The notes under the pieces were generated by a model. The model was not told the DNA's origin and ran no database searches. It saw nothing but the letters and a program-made list of their open reading frames with translations. A stretch of 64,000 nucleotides of DNA from an uncultured Planctomycetota bacterium (GTDB lineage: Bacteria > Planctomycetota > JAJSAM01 > JAKLKS01), in NCBI GenBank assembly GCA_964370855.1, contig CAYJMF010000003.1, forward strand, positions 20,272 to 84,271. The letters are read 5' to 3'. This document shows positions 1 through 10,510 of the stretch, piece by piece; the stretch's first letter is position 1, and the number at the start of each line of letters is the position of its first letter. Made by a program: the position numbers and the translations under genes.

Positions 1-386
1 CGGGCGCGTGGTACCTCGAGCTCCGCAAGCCCGCGTGGAACCCGCCGGGCTGGATCTTCGGGCCGGTGTGGACCCTGCTCTACGCCGCCATGGCCGTGGC
101 GGCCTGGCGGGTGTGGCGCGCCTCGTCCCCCGCGGAGAGGCGCCCCGCGCTGACGGCCTGGGGCCTGCAGCTGCTCCTCAACGCCGCCTGGTCCTGGCTC
201 TTCTTCGGCCTCCATGAGCCCGGCCTCGCCTTCGCGGAGATCCTCGCCCTGTGGGCGGCCATCCTCGCGACGACGATCCTCTTCTTCCGGAGGGACCGCG
301 TCGCCGGCCGGCTCATGGTCCCGTACCTGGCCTGGGTCTCCTTCGCCGCGGCGCTGAATTTCGCGCTGTGGCGGATGAACGGCTGA
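1..386 (+). CDS. tspO: TspO/MBR family tryptophan-rich sensory protein (5'-truncated by window edge)
   Basis: Frame 3 reads ...[36 protein letters not shown]...[11 protein letters not shown], the TspO signature. Hydrophobic TM helices. Stop TGA at 384-386. Confidence 0.75.
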   Translation, partial: GAWYLELRKPAWNPPGWIFGPVWTLLYAAMAVAAWRVWRASSPAERRPALTAWGLQLLLNAAWSWLFFGLHEPGLAFAEILALWAAILATTILFFRRDRVAGRLMVPYLAWVSFAAALNFALWRMNG

Positions 387-772
387 GGGGCCGCGCCTGC
401 TCCATCGATGGCCGGCGGGGGTCGGTCATGGTCGAAAGGCGATGAGGGGCCGTCCGGGCTGAATCTCCGGTCCTTGGACCGTCCGCAGCCTGCGTGCGGG
501 AGCCTCGGGCACCCCGCCTACCGCACGACGCTGAACCTCTTGAACAGCTCCAGCGGCATCGGGACGGCCAGGCGCCAGGTGATGGACATCGGCTTCGCTC
601 CCTCCGCCGCCTCAAGCACGCCGGGCCCGAGGGCGCGGTAGGGCTCGTCCCTGCCCCCGCGGACGAAGAGCTGGAAGGTCCACCCGTCGATGGTGACGAG
701 GAAGATCCTCTCCCCGACTCCTCCCGAATCCCGCCCTTGCCCGGAACCGCGGCCCGGTGCTCCAATGGAGGG

Positions 773-1990
773 ATGAGGGAATCGCAGGGAGGAACGCGCG
801 GCGGGCCGGCGGAGCCGCGATTCAACGCCACGGTCCGGGGGCGGGTGGTGGACGCGAGGGGGACCCCGGTGAAGGGCATGTCCGTCGGATGGATGGAGGC
901 CGGAGCTCCACGCGGAGCCTCCGGGCTCCAGGAGATCCACCCCGTGGCGAAGTCCGACGGGAAGGGGCGCTACGAGGCGAACCTCCTTCCCCCGGGTCCC
1001 TGCCGGATGGTCGCCGGGAGTCTCCATTTCGGGATCCGCTCCCTGGCCCTCCCGGAGGAGTTGCCATCCACGCGCGTGTTCCGCCTGAAGGCAGGGGCCA
1101 CCGTCGAGGCCCCGAACATCCGGCTCCCCGTGGATCCCGCGGTGCTCGGTTCCCTGGATGTCACCGTCGTGGACCCCGGGAGGAACCCGGTCAAGTCCGC
1201 CGAGGTCTTCTGCTCCAGGGGGAGCGGCGACTCGGACAGGAAGACCGATGCGCGGGGCAGGGTCCGACTGAAGGGCGTGAACCCGGGGGAAGTCATGGTC
1301 TCCGTATCAGGGTCCGCGAACCACGGGACCTCCCACCTCACGGCATGGCTCGCTCCCGGAGCCCGCAAGCGCCTCACTCTCGTCCTCCCCCGGTCTCCTC
1401 GCTATGCGGATTCCCGGCGGCGATTCCGGATCCTCTGCACGGACGACAGGGGAACTCCCCTTCCGGGCTGCAGGATCACCCTGTTCGGTTTCCGCACGAG
1501 GGAGGGCAGCGTGGAAGCCGTCACGGGCAAGGGTGGGGTGGCCCATCTCACCGGGTACGTCCGGGAGTCCCATCGTGGTTCCCTCTCCGGCGCCGCGTGG
1601 AAGACGGGGCACTTCCACTCCACTTTCGGCGTCGATATGAGGGACCCGGAGAGGGTCGCCCGCGCCTCCGTCGTACTTCGACGGGAGGTCTGCCTCCGGT
1701 TCAAGGTGGTCGATGCCCTCACCGGGGCGAGGATCCGGCGGACCTGCATCGAGGTCGGACCGAGGGGAGCGGGCAGGGTCTGGATGGGAAGCCTGCTGGG
1801 GCGCATCGGAACCGACGGCCCGACCCGGCCGGAGTTCGAATGGCTCCATCTCCCCTCCCACTCCTTCCCCATCGGCCGCATCACGGGGCGCGTCTCCTCG
1901 CCGGGGTACGAGCCGCAGGATCTCTCCCTCCTCCTGCGCCCGCGCAAGGAGCCCAGGACCCTCGTCGTCCGGCTCCGGCCTTCGCGATGA
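773..1990 (+). CDS. carboxypeptidase regulatory-like (CarbopepD_reg) domain protein
   Basis: Repeated 'RGRVVDARGTPVKGMSV'/'TVVDPGRNPVKSAEV'/'GRVRLKGVNPG' beta-sandwich repeats. Internal Met at 773 chosen because upstream ORF sequence is not protein-like. ATGA overlap with next gene. Confidence 0.5.
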   Translation: MRESQGGTRGGPAEPRFNATVRGRVVDARGTPVKGMSVGWMEAGAPRGASGLQEIHPVAKSDGKGRYEANLLPPGPCRMVAGSLHFGIRSLALPEELPSTRVFRLKAGATVEAPNIRLPVDPAVLGSLDVTVVDPGRNPVKSAEVFCSRGSGDSDRKTDARGRVRLKGVNPGEVMVSVSGSANHGTSHLTAWLAPGARKRLTLVLPRSPRYADSRRRFRILCTDDRGTPLPGCRITLFGFRTREGSVEAVTGKGGVAHLTGYVRESHRGSLSGAAWKTGHFHSTFGVDMRDPERVARASVVLRREVCLRFKVVDALTGARIRRTCIEVGPRGAGRVWMGSLLGRIGTDGPTRPEFEWLHLPSHSFPIGRITGRVSSPGYEPQDLSLLLRPRKEPRTLVVRLRPSR

Positions 1991-3396
1991 CGGAGGTGAA
2001 GCCGCCCCCCGACCACGGGCCCGCCCCCGTTCCGTCGGCGGCCGCGAAGGCGGACGGGCCGTGGACCCGGGAAGCCACGGGCAGCCGCCTCGTTCTCCTC
2101 GTGTTCCTCCTCGGCGTCCTGGGTTACGGAGCGCTCATGGCTCACTCCCTCCTCACGTTCTCCCTCATCGACGAGCACACCGACGTCCCCTGGACCCCCG
2201 ACCCGGCCCACCTCGGCCACGCCGACGTCTTCGTGGTCGATGCGGAGGACCGGGAGATCCGCGGACACGTCGTCGCGGACTACGCGGGCCGCTACTCCCG
2301 GGACCCGCGCTGGCCCCTGCGCCGGGCGGCCCTCGAGGCGGAACTGCCCGGCGCCATCGAGTTCGTCCGCAGGAGGCTCGGCCTCGGCGATCGCCCCGTT
2401 CCCCCGTTCCGCGTCCGGTTCCGGGACGACGAGGAGATGGGCTACCCCATCTTCATGAACGTGTTCCAGGAGCTGGAGGACGGCGCCGTGCGCCCCCTCA
2501 TCGTGGTGGGCGTGGACGCGCTGGTCGCCGGGAAGTACGACCTGCGGCGCGCCCTCCGCCACGAGCTGGCCCACTGCTGGCACCTCTGGTCCCTCGGGGA
2601 GACCTTCTACGTCCTTCCGCGATGGGTCAAGGAGGGGCTCGCCGACTGGGCGACCGGTCCCGACTGCGACCGCCTCCGATGGCTCTACCTCGTGGAGTGC
2701 GGGCCCCCGGGCATCGATCCCGCCGTCCTCCTCGTGAACGGGCTGGACGGGCGCCAGGAGCGCTCCGACTACGCGGAGTCCTGGCTCGCCTTCCTCATGA
2801 TCGAGCGGGAGTTCGGCATCGAGGCCGTCCACCGGCTGGCGGCGGAGCTCTTCAGCAGTGGTTCCCACCGGGTCGCCCTCCGGAGGGTGACGGGGTGGAA
2901 CTACGAGGAGTTCGAGCGCCGGGCGCGGGCGTGGGCCTCGGCGCGGGTGCGGGAGGACTCGGGGGACAGGGCCGCCTACGTCGCGGCCAGGAAGGAGTTC
3001 GTCGCGGGGGAGAACGCCGCCGCGGAGGCGGCCTACGCGAGCTACATCCGGGAGCACCCGACCGGTGCTTTCCGTGCGCTCGCCCTCGCGGAGCAGGCCG
3101 AACTGCGGATCCTGCGGGGGGACCCGGCCGGGGCACGGACGAGCGTGGCCGCGATTGCCGGTGCGGCCCCCGAAGGCTCATTCGCGTTGTGGATCTTCCA
3201 CCTGCGGATCCGGATCGCCCGCGCGGAGAAGGACTGGCCCGCGGTCGAGCGGCTGTGCCTCGACTTCATCCACGACTTCGAGTGGACCGACGGGAGGACC
3301 ACCCTCGACGTGAGGAACATGCTCCCGGAGGCCAGGAGGGAGATGCTCCGCGCGAAGGAGGGGGCTCCCGGCGGGAGTGAACCGGTGCTGCGGTAG
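1987..3396 (+). CDS. membrane-anchored putative zinc metallopeptidase (HExxH)
   Basis: N-terminal TM helix LVLLVFLLGVLGYGALMA. HELAHCWH zinc-binding motif. Start ATG overlaps previous stop (ATGA). Confidence 0.55.
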   Translation: MTEVKPPPDHGPAPVPSAAAKADGPWTREATGSRLVLLVFLLGVLGYGALMAHSLLTFSLIDEHTDVPWTPDPAHLGHADVFVVDAEDREIRGHVVADYAGRYSRDPRWPLRRAALEAELPGAIEFVRRRLGLGDRPVPPFRVRFRDDEEMGYPIFMNVFQELEDGAVRPLIVVGVDALVAGKYDLRRALRHELAHCWHLWSLGETFYVLPRWVKEGLADWATGPDCDRLRWLYLVECGPPGIDPAVLLVNGLDGRQERSDYAESWLAFLMIEREFGIEAVHRLAAELFSSGSHRVALRRVTGWNYEEFERRARAWASARVREDSGDRAAYVAARKEFVAGENAAAEAAYASYIREHPTGAFRALALAEQAELRILRGDPAGARTSVAAIAGAAPEGSFALWIFHLRIRIARAEKDWPAVERLCLDFIHDFEWTDGRTTLDVRNMLPEARREMLRAKEGAPGGSEPVLR

Positions 3397-3413
3397 GTTC
3401 CCCCGCTCCCACA

Positions 3414-4616
3414 CTACGGGATGCGGAGCGTCCCCTTGACCAGGCTGCCGCCGTCCACCTCCTTGGGTGATCCGTCGAGCGTGAACGGGACGGTGTCGCC
3501 GGAGTCCACGCCCAGGAGTCCCAGGGGAACCCGGACCTCGAGGAAGTCCCCTTCGCGACGGAGCTCCATCTCCCCGTCCTTCACGGGGCGCCGGGTCGAA
3601 CGCGCGGTACTGCCCGCGACGCCATGCGCCACGATCTCGAGTTCCATCGAGTAGACGGACCCTCCCCGCTCCGTCTCCCCGATGAGCCGCACGTTTCCCC
3701 CGGACGACAGGGATCTGACGATCCCCAGGCTGAACCAGCTCGGGATCACGGGAATGGAGGGACTCTTCAGGAAGAAGGAGATGGAACTGTCGTCCCACCG
3801 GATCCGCCCGTTGGCGGGAAAGCACCCCGGCCCGTCGCTCCGTTCCTCTCCAACCATCCCCCGCTCGCCCTCGAACTCCCTCGCCTCCCACGCATCGATC
3901 TTGCCGTCGAGGATCTGCCGCCCCGCGGCCGCGTACCACCACTCGACCACCATCCGGGGGAGCTTCCCGGCGACCATGGCGTCGATGAAGTCGGCCTGGC
4001 CCAGAGGCTCGATCGATCTCACATCCCTGTCCGGGACCTCCGGCCGGTCCTTCCAGAACTCCCCGGACCCCGCCGACGCGTCCTCCTCCACGCGGGCGAC
4101 GAGCAGGGGCCTGCCCTTCCAGCCGGCCAGAAGGTCCTCGACTCCCAGCCCCCTGCCCGCCGCGTGGACGCCCAGCAGCCAGGCTCCCGCGAGAGCCTCG
4201 TCCTCCGTCGCCACCCGGAGGACCGCGACCGCGGCCGCCCCGATCCCCATCGCCGCGATCCGGCGGGGATCCCCCCCGCCCTCCTTCCGCAGCCAGGCCA
4301 CGCCGCTCCGGAGCGCGTCCGCGGCGGCCCGGATCCGGACCGCGGGTTCGTCGCCGCCCGGCAGGGGAAGCGCCAGGAACCCGAAGCCTCCGGGGCGGAG
4401 ACCCGCCAGCTTCCCCCACGTCTCCCGGCCCTGGCCCTCGATCCCCATGAAGACCACGGCCGGCATCCCCTTCCCGCAGGGGTACCAGTCGGCCTCGACC
4501 GTCCCCCCGCCCGGGACCTGCAGTTTCACCGCGCGGGGCTTCTCCTCCTCGGGGCCGGAAACGGCGGTCGCCGCAAGGAGGAGGAGCGCCAGGGGGATCA
4601 GAAGCCGCGTCCGCAT
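3414..4616 (-). CDS. secreted alpha/beta hydrolase (dienelactone-hydrolase-like)
   Basis: Signal peptide MRTRLLIPLALLLLAATAVSG after internal Met. Hydrolase-like fold sequence. Confidence 0.5.
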   Translation of the reverse strand: MRTRLLIPLALLLLAATAVSGPEEEKPRAVKLQVPGGGTVEADWYPCGKGMPAVVFMGIEGQGRETWGKLAGLRPGGFGFLALPLPGGDEPAVRIRAAADALRSGVAWLRKEGGGDPRRIAAMGIGAAAVAVLRVATEDEALAGAWLLGVHAAGRGLGVEDLLAGWKGRPLLVARVEEDASAGSGEFWKDRPEVPDRDVRSIEPLGQADFIDAMVAGKLPRMVVEWWYAAAGRQILDGKIDAWEAREFEGERGMVGEERSDGPGCFPANGRIRWDDSSISFFLKSPSIPVIPSWFSLGIVRSLSSGGNVRLIGETERGGSVYSMELEIVAHGVAGSTARSTRRPVKDGEMELRREGDFLEVRVPLGLLGVDSGDTVPFTLDGSPKEVDGGSLVKGTLRIP

Positions 4617-4759
4617 GGTGACCTCTCCTCCTCCACGGGGTTCCGTCGCCCCCATCATCGGGACTTCCCGCACGGCATTCCAGTGAGGTCCGGGACGGCC
4701 CGACGAAGGGTCACTCGCACGCCGGACATGGACCTCCGCCTACGCCGCTCCGGCGACGC

Positions 4760-5206
4760 TCACGGCTTGCAGGCGCAGTACTTCCCCCGCCCGCCGCAAT
4801 CCGGGCAGTCCACCGCCTGCCCGGCGTTCCCGGGGACCCATCGGTATCCGCGCCCCCTGCAGGGACGGCACGACATGATGATCACTTCGCAGCGGGGGCA
4901 CGTCTCCGGCTCCGATGGCGGCCCCTGGGGGGGCAACATCACGCCCGTCGTCCGCAACTCGGGAAACCGTTCGGCCAGGGGGGTGCAGTCCCTGGTCACC
5001 ACGGTCCCGTCGGGGCGCCGGAAGAGGGTGACGCAGTCGGGGAACTCCCGCTGCCCGACGAGGCGCTCGGCCGCCTCGCGATCGAGGTTCGAGAGGTTGT
5101 ACACGTCCCTCCCGCACTCCACGCAGTGGCGGACCACGTCGTCCCCCTTCATGCTCTCCCAGGGGACGCGGCACTCCGTCCGGAAGCGGATGTCCTCGAG
5201 TTTCAT
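4760..5206 (-). CDS. cysteine-rich hypothetical protein
   Basis: Many CxxC pairs (HCVECG, CPRCE, CRPCRGRG, CPDCGGRGKYCAC). Downstream of membrane protein and serpin-like gene on same strand. Confidence 0.4.
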   Translation of the reverse strand: MKLEDIRFRTECRVPWESMKGDDVVRHCVECGRDVYNLSNLDREAAERLVGQREFPDCVTLFRRPDGTVVTRDCTPLAERFPELRTTGVMLPPQGPPSEPETCPRCEVIIMSCRPCRGRGYRWVPGNAGQAVDCPDCGGRGKYCACKP

Positions 5207-5347
5207 GGCCGGGAGTCTAGCGGCGGGACGACCGAGGGGGCAAGCCCGCGGGCCCTTCCATGCCTGGCGCCGGAACCCGCGACGCGCAGAGGAGGAGGTC
5301 GGCGAAGTCGGCGCGCTCCTCGGAAGGGAAGTCCCGGGAGGCGAGCC

Positions 5348-5827
5348 TCACTCCGGAATCTCGATCTCCCGCTCCACTCCCTCGCGGAAACGGAATGTGA
5401 CACTCGTGGAGTCGGGAGCCCAGCGAACGCCACCTCCGTCGCGGATCTCGGCCTCCACCGGGGGATCGGGCATCGGCTCCTCGAGGAGGACGACTTCCCT
5501 TCCCGAAGCGGTCTCGATGATCACGAAGCGAAGGTAGGACCCCGTGCCTCCGAAGAACCCCTCCGTGGTGCCGGCCCAGCACTCCGCACGGTAGCGGCCG
5601 TCGGGAGAGTCCTTCACCATCCCCGAAGCGGAGTTGCCCGGGATCATGGCCACGAGCCGGGCCATCACGATGAGCCCGATCACCGCGGTCACGAGGAGGG
5701 TCTTGCGGATCCTGGCCAGGGTGGTTCGCTTCCATCCACGCCGCTTCGCGACGGCCCTGATCACCGAGTAGAACAGCGCCCCCAGGATGAGGGCGGGGAT
5801 GGCCACGAACGCCAGGATCCGGATCAT
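5348..5827 (-). CDS. membrane protein, hypothetical
   Basis: Two N-terminal TM helices; protein-like C-terminal domain. Confidence 0.45.
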   Translation of the reverse strand: MIRILAFVAIPALILGALFYSVIRAVAKRRGWKRTTLARIRKTLLVTAVIGLIVMARLVAMIPGNSASGMVKDSPDGRYRAECWAGTTEGFFGGTGSYLRFVIIETASGREVVLLEEPMPDPPVEAEIRDGGGVRWAPDSTSVTFRFREGVEREIEIPE

Positions 5828-5947
5828 GCGCCGCTCCCACCCTCGGCGTTCCCCGCCAACGACGCTCCCCGCCTCATGGACCTCGGCATGGGATCAAGAC
5901 GTTACCCGATCCGGATCGCTCCGTCCGCGAAGGAGTTCGTGCGGGCC

Positions 5948-7159
5948 CTAATTCCCCTCCGCGAGGAGCTCGTCGTTCGCGATCCAGAGGAGGAGGTACG
6001 GGTCCCTCTTCCCCTTCTCCATGACTGCGATGAGGAAGGGGCGATCCAAGACGATGGAAGGAGGCACCCCGAGGGACGCGATGATGGCATGGGACTCCAG
6101 CTCGGCGCCGCCCTCGTCCAGGGAGAAGCGCACCGTCTGGCGCGCCTCGGTGATCACCTGTCCCGACAGTTTCCCGGAGCAGGGACCGCCGAGGATCTCG
6201 CGGAACCGGTGGGAGAGTTCGAAGTTCATCTTCGGGACCGCCAGGTCGTGGCCCGCGCCGAGCACCTCCCCCGCGGACTCCTCGATCCGCCGCAGCGCCT
6301 TCCTCCAGGTCCCCTCCAGCGTGCCCTCGGGCCCGACCATGGCGAGGAGCAGCCGGTCCCGCCCGCCCTTCACCGCGAACTCGAGGATGACGTCACCCTC
6401 CTGCCCGACGGGCCAGGCCCTCACCTGGGCGAGGGCCTTCGCCGCCTCCAGATAGGTGGTGTCGTGGTTGATGCCGAAGGCGGCGACCCGCCTGGTGCCG
6501 CCGGCGAAGGACATCGTGCCGAGCCTCGGTTCGAAGAGGACCTCGAAGGGCAGGGACTTCCCCAGGTACCCGTAGGCGACGGCGCTCTCCGGGACGAGGG
6601 GGCCCGGGTCGAGCATCTCCGCGCCGAACCGCTCCTTCAACTGCCCGCGGATGCGGGGAACGATGCCGTCCTTCACGAGTCCGGCCATGGCGAGGCAGGA
6701 GGCGGGGTCGAGGGCCCCGTGGGGGAAGGAGCGGAGGTTCATCGCGGCCGAGAACCCCGGAGGGGCCGGCGGTCCCACGGTGAGCGGCCCCCCGACCACG
6801 TCGTCGCAGAGGGCGTCCCAGCACAGCTGCCACGTGGAGCACCAGAGGACGTTCTTCCCGGGAGGGAGGTCCGCCGCGGCCACGGGGACGACCACGGTGC
6901 CCGGGAGCAGGGTCGATTCCATCGCCAGCAACGGCGCCTTCACCACGGCAGGGCGCGGTGCGTTCTCCCTGTACTCCTCCATTGCGCGACGGCGGGCCGC
7001 GTCCCCCCATGCCTCGTCGGCCGCCCGCTGCTCTTTCGTCATGCCCTCGGCGTCGTACTCATCGACCCCCGCTCCGCCGCCATCGGGCTTGCGCAGGTCG
7101 AAGAGGAGGACTCCCCCGAGCACACCGACGGCCAGAGCGACGACAGGATGCACGCGCAT
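5948..7159 (-). CDS. serpin-like protease inhibitor family protein (tentative)
   Basis: ~400 aa. N-terminal TM/signal. C-terminal 'VPKMNFELSHRF', '...DEGGAELESHAIIAS', 'DRPFLIAVMEK' resemble serpin s3A/RCL/s5B segments. Confidence 0.4.
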   Translation of the reverse strand: MRVHPVVALAVGVLGGVLLFDLRKPDGGGAGVDEYDAEGMTKEQRAADEAWGDAARRRAMEEYRENAPRPAVVKAPLLAMESTLLPGTVVVPVAAADLPPGKNVLWCSTWQLCWDALCDDVVGGPLTVGPPAPPGFSAAMNLRSFPHGALDPASCLAMAGLVKDGIVPRIRGQLKERFGAEMLDPGPLVPESAVAYGYLGKSLPFEVLFEPRLGTMSFAGGTRRVAAFGINHDTTYLEAAKALAQVRAWPVGQEGDVILEFAVKGGRDRLLLAMVGPEGTLEGTWRKALRRIEESAGEVLGAGHDLAVPKMNFELSHRFREILGGPCSGKLSGQVITEARQTVRFSLDEGGAELESHAIIASLGVPPSIVLDRPFLIAVMEKGKRDPYLLLWIANDELLAEGN

Positions 7160-7402
7160 TCAGCTTCCCTCCCGGGAACATCCATGCCTGTGGCTTCCCG
7201 GCACCGGGCCAGGAACGGAAAGTCGGACCTCGGCTGACGAGTCGGATGCTCGACTCTACCGGTTGCCAACCCGCCCCTTCAACGTCCCCGGGTGGCTCGC
7301 GGTTCGCTGCCGAGCCGAGGGAATCGACGGCGAAGGTCCCAGCAGGCGCAGGATGATCGACATCGGGATCGAACTCCCCGGCGTAGGCTTCGTACCACTC
7401 CC

Positions 7403-10327
7403 ATGCGCATGGACAAGAGGATTTTCGCGGTCTCCCTCCTGACGCTTCTCGGCGCCGGGTCCGCCACGGGGGCGTCGCCGCCCCCGGAGGCCGGCCGCTG
7501 GCGGGAGATACGGGCGCGGGACACCGACTTCACCCAGTCGAAATCGAGGGTCGGGGTGGATCCGACGGGGACCGTCTGGCTCCCGCTCACGAATGCCCTG
7601 GTCCGGTGGGACGGGAAGGAGTGGAGTACCGTCGGCGACGCGAAGGGCCCCATCCGGGGCTTCCACCTGCGCGGGGACTCCTCACGCGGGCTCTACCTCC
7701 TGCAACAGACCGACATCCGCCTGGAGGGGCGCCTCCGGCCCCTCGCGGGGACGGAGGCCCTCCCCCCCATCCCCTTCTACAGGGAGGACGAGCCGGGCAT
7801 CTTCGTCGCTTCCTCGGGCCGCGTCTTCCAGTTCGCGGCCCGGAACCTGGGAGTGCTCGAGGACGGGAGTTGGAAGAGCGTGGAAGCGCCCCTCAGCGAC
7901 CCGCGGTCGGTGGACGTGGTGGACATGGGGCCCGGGGGTCCGGTCCTCTTCTTCCCCCACGAGAGATCGACGGCGGCCCTGTTCGACGGGAGCGCGCTCC
8001 ATCCGGCCGTGCCGCTCCCGGACTTCGGGGACCTGTCGGGACCGTCGAGGCGGAGGGTCCGCTTCACCCGCTTCGGGAAGGACCTCGTCATTCCGTGGGC
8101 CCCGGTCGCGCCCCTCGGGAGCGCGCTGCGCGTGGAGGGCACGAAACTGGTCCTCGCGGAACTCCCCCCGGTCCTCCGGGGACCGAGGGTCCTGGCCGTC
8201 CGACCCGACGGCCTCGGCGGGATCTGGCTGGTCGACGACTTCACGGCGAGGAACACGAACCCGCCTCCCCCCTGGTTCCGGACCTGGTGGATTCGCCACG
8301 TGGACTCCTCCGGAACCGTGCAGGAGTACGGCGTCCTCCCGGGGGAGCAGGCGTCCGTGACCGGGGGAGTCCACGAGGAGTTCCCGTCCCTCTCGGCCGG
8401 AGACGGAAGCCTCTGGCTCGCCGCGGGACCGCGCATCTACCGCTTCCGGGCGGGAGAGGCCCGGGTCATGGGCTGGAGGCAGGGACTGGGCTCGGCCCCC
8501 ATCACCGCCCTCGCCGAGGGCCCCGACGGCAGGATCTTCGCGTCGGGGGAGGGGGGAATCGTCTGGCTGTGGGAGGAGGACGCGCCCCCGGATCCCGCCC
8601 GCCTCCTCCGCTGGAGCGGATTCCGATCCCGGAGCGCCGTCCTGCGGACACCGGGAGGGGATGCATGGGTCTTCCCGGTCGAGAAGGAGGGGGTGATCGC
8701 CCTCCTGGGAGGATCCTCCCCCGGGGAGTTCCCGGCCCACGCTCCGGCCCACGGCCGCCTGATGCCCCTCTACGCGGACGACGCCGGCGGGCTCATCTAC
8801 GTGGATCACGGTTCCAACGGGAGCATCCACGTGGCGGGCGTTCCCGGGCCGGCGCGGTTCACCGGGGTGCGGGAGGCCGTCCTCGCGCGCGTCGCGGCCG
8901 GCGCCACCGTCTTCACGGGACACCAGCAACCGCCGCCGATCGTCGGGTCGGACGGTCGGGTGTGGATGGTGGGGCGGGAGAACTCCGGCGTCGACGGGTA
9001 CATGGGGGGCCGGTGGGAAGAGTTCCGGCTCGGTCACGTCACCGAGCTCACCCTGGCCGCCGACGGGACGACTCCTCTCGTCCTGCGGGAGCACGAGTGC
9101 CTCTCCTACGTCGACGGGACATGGAAGGTCGCCATGCTCCCCCGGGACGGGACCATCCAGGTGGTCGGCTCCGATTGGCGCTACGGCGGAAGGCTCCTCA
9201 CTCCCGACCCTCGCCTGGCGCCTGCGTGGATCTCGACCCACCTCTTCACGGGGAGGAGCCCGGATCGGGGCGACTGGAGGGTCGTGACATGGGCGGAGGC
9301 TGAGCCGGTCCTCCGTGGAGAGGCGACACTCCCGATCATCCCCACGGGAGTCGGATGGCGATCCGGCGTCCCCGCGTGGGCGATTCCCGACGGCACGGGA
9401 GGGTTCTACGGGAACAGCGGCAGGAGCCGCGTCCGGGTCACGGAGGGGCGGGTCGTCCCCGCCCACGGCACGGGAACCCCGCTCGACGACGTCTCGGTGA
9501 GGGACGTCGGCTTCGGAACCGGGGGGCGCCTCCTGGCCGTGATCCCCCTGGAGGGGGAGGGCGGCGAGGTCCTCCTCGACCGGACCGGGGCTCCCGGGAT
9601 CCGGCCCGGGCCAGCGGAGGTCGTCCGGAGCCGCTCGGTCTCCATCCCGTGGGAGGGAGACCCCTCGCTGATCGCGGTGGAACTCCGGGAGGCCGGCGCC
9701 CCGTCCTGGACCTCCTTTCCGGCCCCTGCCCCCGCGACCTGGCACGCGGCCGCCCCCGGTCGCCGCGGAATGACGTTCGAGATGCGGGGGCGCGACTCCC
9801 TCGGGCTCGCGGGCCCGGTCGCCGTGCTCTCCACGGAGATCGACGCGGCCTTCCCCTGGATGCGCTGGGAGTCGGAGGAGGCTCCGCGGGAGATCGGCGA
9901 GGCGCGATGGAGGGTCCCGGTGGTGGTGGAGTGGACCGGGCACGACGTTCCCCGCGCCATCGAGGTGCGGATCGATGGGGGGAAGTGGGAGCCGCTACCC
10001 GGGGACGGCACGGTCCTCCTCGCCGCGTTCCACGGCCGCGCCGTGTCGCTGGAGGTGCGGGCGGTGGAGGAAGGGCTGTTCCCGAGCCCGACCCTCTCGA
10101 CGACCGCGCACGTCGGGGTGGACCTGGATGCGTGGATCCGGGAGGGCCTTCGTAGCGCGGCCGCGGGGGATCGGCGGGCCCTGCAGGACCTGTGGACCGT
10201 CCGGGAGGACGCCCTCCGCATCCTTGATGAAATCCTCGCGGCTGACCCCGCCGGGGATTCGAAGCTCCGGGATCTCCGATCCTCCCTCGCTCCCATGAGG
10301 TGCGTGCCCATCGACGGCGAGAGGTGA
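7403..10327 (+). CDS. large secreted beta-propeller-like protein
   Basis: Signal peptide MRMDKRIFAVSLLTLLGAGSATGA. ~975 aa with repeated W/G-rich blade-like segments. Confidence 0.5.
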   Translation: MRMDKRIFAVSLLTLLGAGSATGASPPPEAGRWREIRARDTDFTQSKSRVGVDPTGTVWLPLTNALVRWDGKEWSTVGDAKGPIRGFHLRGDSSRGLYLLQQTDIRLEGRLRPLAGTEALPPIPFYREDEPGIFVASSGRVFQFAARNLGVLEDGSWKSVEAPLSDPRSVDVVDMGPGGPVLFFPHERSTAALFDGSALHPAVPLPDFGDLSGPSRRRVRFTRFGKDLVIPWAPVAPLGSALRVEGTKLVLAELPPVLRGPRVLAVRPDGLGGIWLVDDFTARNTNPPPPWFRTWWIRHVDSSGTVQEYGVLPGEQASVTGGVHEEFPSLSAGDGSLWLAAGPRIYRFRAGEARVMGWRQGLGSAPITALAEGPDGRIFASGEGGIVWLWEEDAPPDPARLLRWSGFRSRSAVLRTPGGDAWVFPVEKEGVIALLGGSSPGEFPAHAPAHGRLMPLYADDAGGLIYVDHGSNGSIHVAGVPGPARFTGVREAVLARVAAGATVFTGHQQPPPIVGSDGRVWMVGRENSGVDGYMGGRWEEFRLGHVTELTLAADGTTPLVLREHECLSYVDGTWKVAMLPRDGTIQVVGSDWRYGGRLLTPDPRLAPAWISTHLFTGRSPDRGDWRVVTWAEAEPVLRGEATLPIIPTGVGWRSGVPAWAIPDGTGGFYGNSGRSRVRVTEGRVVPAHGTGTPLDDVSVRDVGFGTGGRLLAVIPLEGEGGEVLLDRTGAPGIRPGPAEVVRSRSVSIPWEGDPSLIAVELREAGAPSWTSFPAPAPATWHAAAPGRRGMTFEMRGRDSLGLAGPVAVLSTEIDAAFPWMRWESEEAPREIGEARWRVPVVVEWTGHDVPRAIEVRIDGGKWEPLPGDGTVLLAAFHGRAVSLEVRAVEEGLFPSPTLSTTAHVGVDLDAWIREGLRSAAAGDRRALQDLWTVREDALRILDEILAADPAGDSKLRDLRSSLAPMRCVPIDGER

Positions 10328-10453
10328 TCCCCGGCCGCCGTTCCACGGAACGGCGGCGGCATCGCCGGGAAGTCCCGTCGTGGCGGAGTGTGAGGGAGTC
10401 CCCCCTCGAAAGCACCTCGCTGCCTCCCCCCAGCGGCCCGCCGTTCCGAGCCA

Positions 10454-10506
10454 TCAAAGACTTGACAGAGTTATATTTTGCGTGCATATTATGCCTCTAG
10501 AAGGCA
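10454..10506 (+). promoter_or_regulatory. AT-rich sigma70-like promoter with near-palindrome upstream of abiEi
   Basis: cTTGACAgagttatattttgcgtgcaTATTATg in an otherwise ~70% GC genome. Near-palindrome gcatattatgc may be an AbiEi operator. Confidence 0.4.
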
Positions 10507-10510
10507 CGAA

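Noticed and set aside
518-720. Short protein-like segment on minus strand (…ERIFLVTIDGWTFQLFVRGG…KRFSVVR) between tspO and the CarbopepD gene
   Set aside because: No plausible start codon for the protein-like part. It may be a small gene with a non-ATG start, but there is insufficient support.
1402-3380. Very long overlapping ORFs on both strands (1402-3057 -, 1713-3380 +, and similar elsewhere: 3178-4419, 5126-7237, 7682-9943, 17277-20768, 20765-22885, 25860-28319, 41111-42190, 44145-46301, 48042-51116, 48436-50181, 51753-54347)
   Set aside because: These are antisense or alternate-frame artefacts of ~70% GC. Translations are Arg/Pro/Gly-rich low-complexity and overlap well-supported genes with real motifs.
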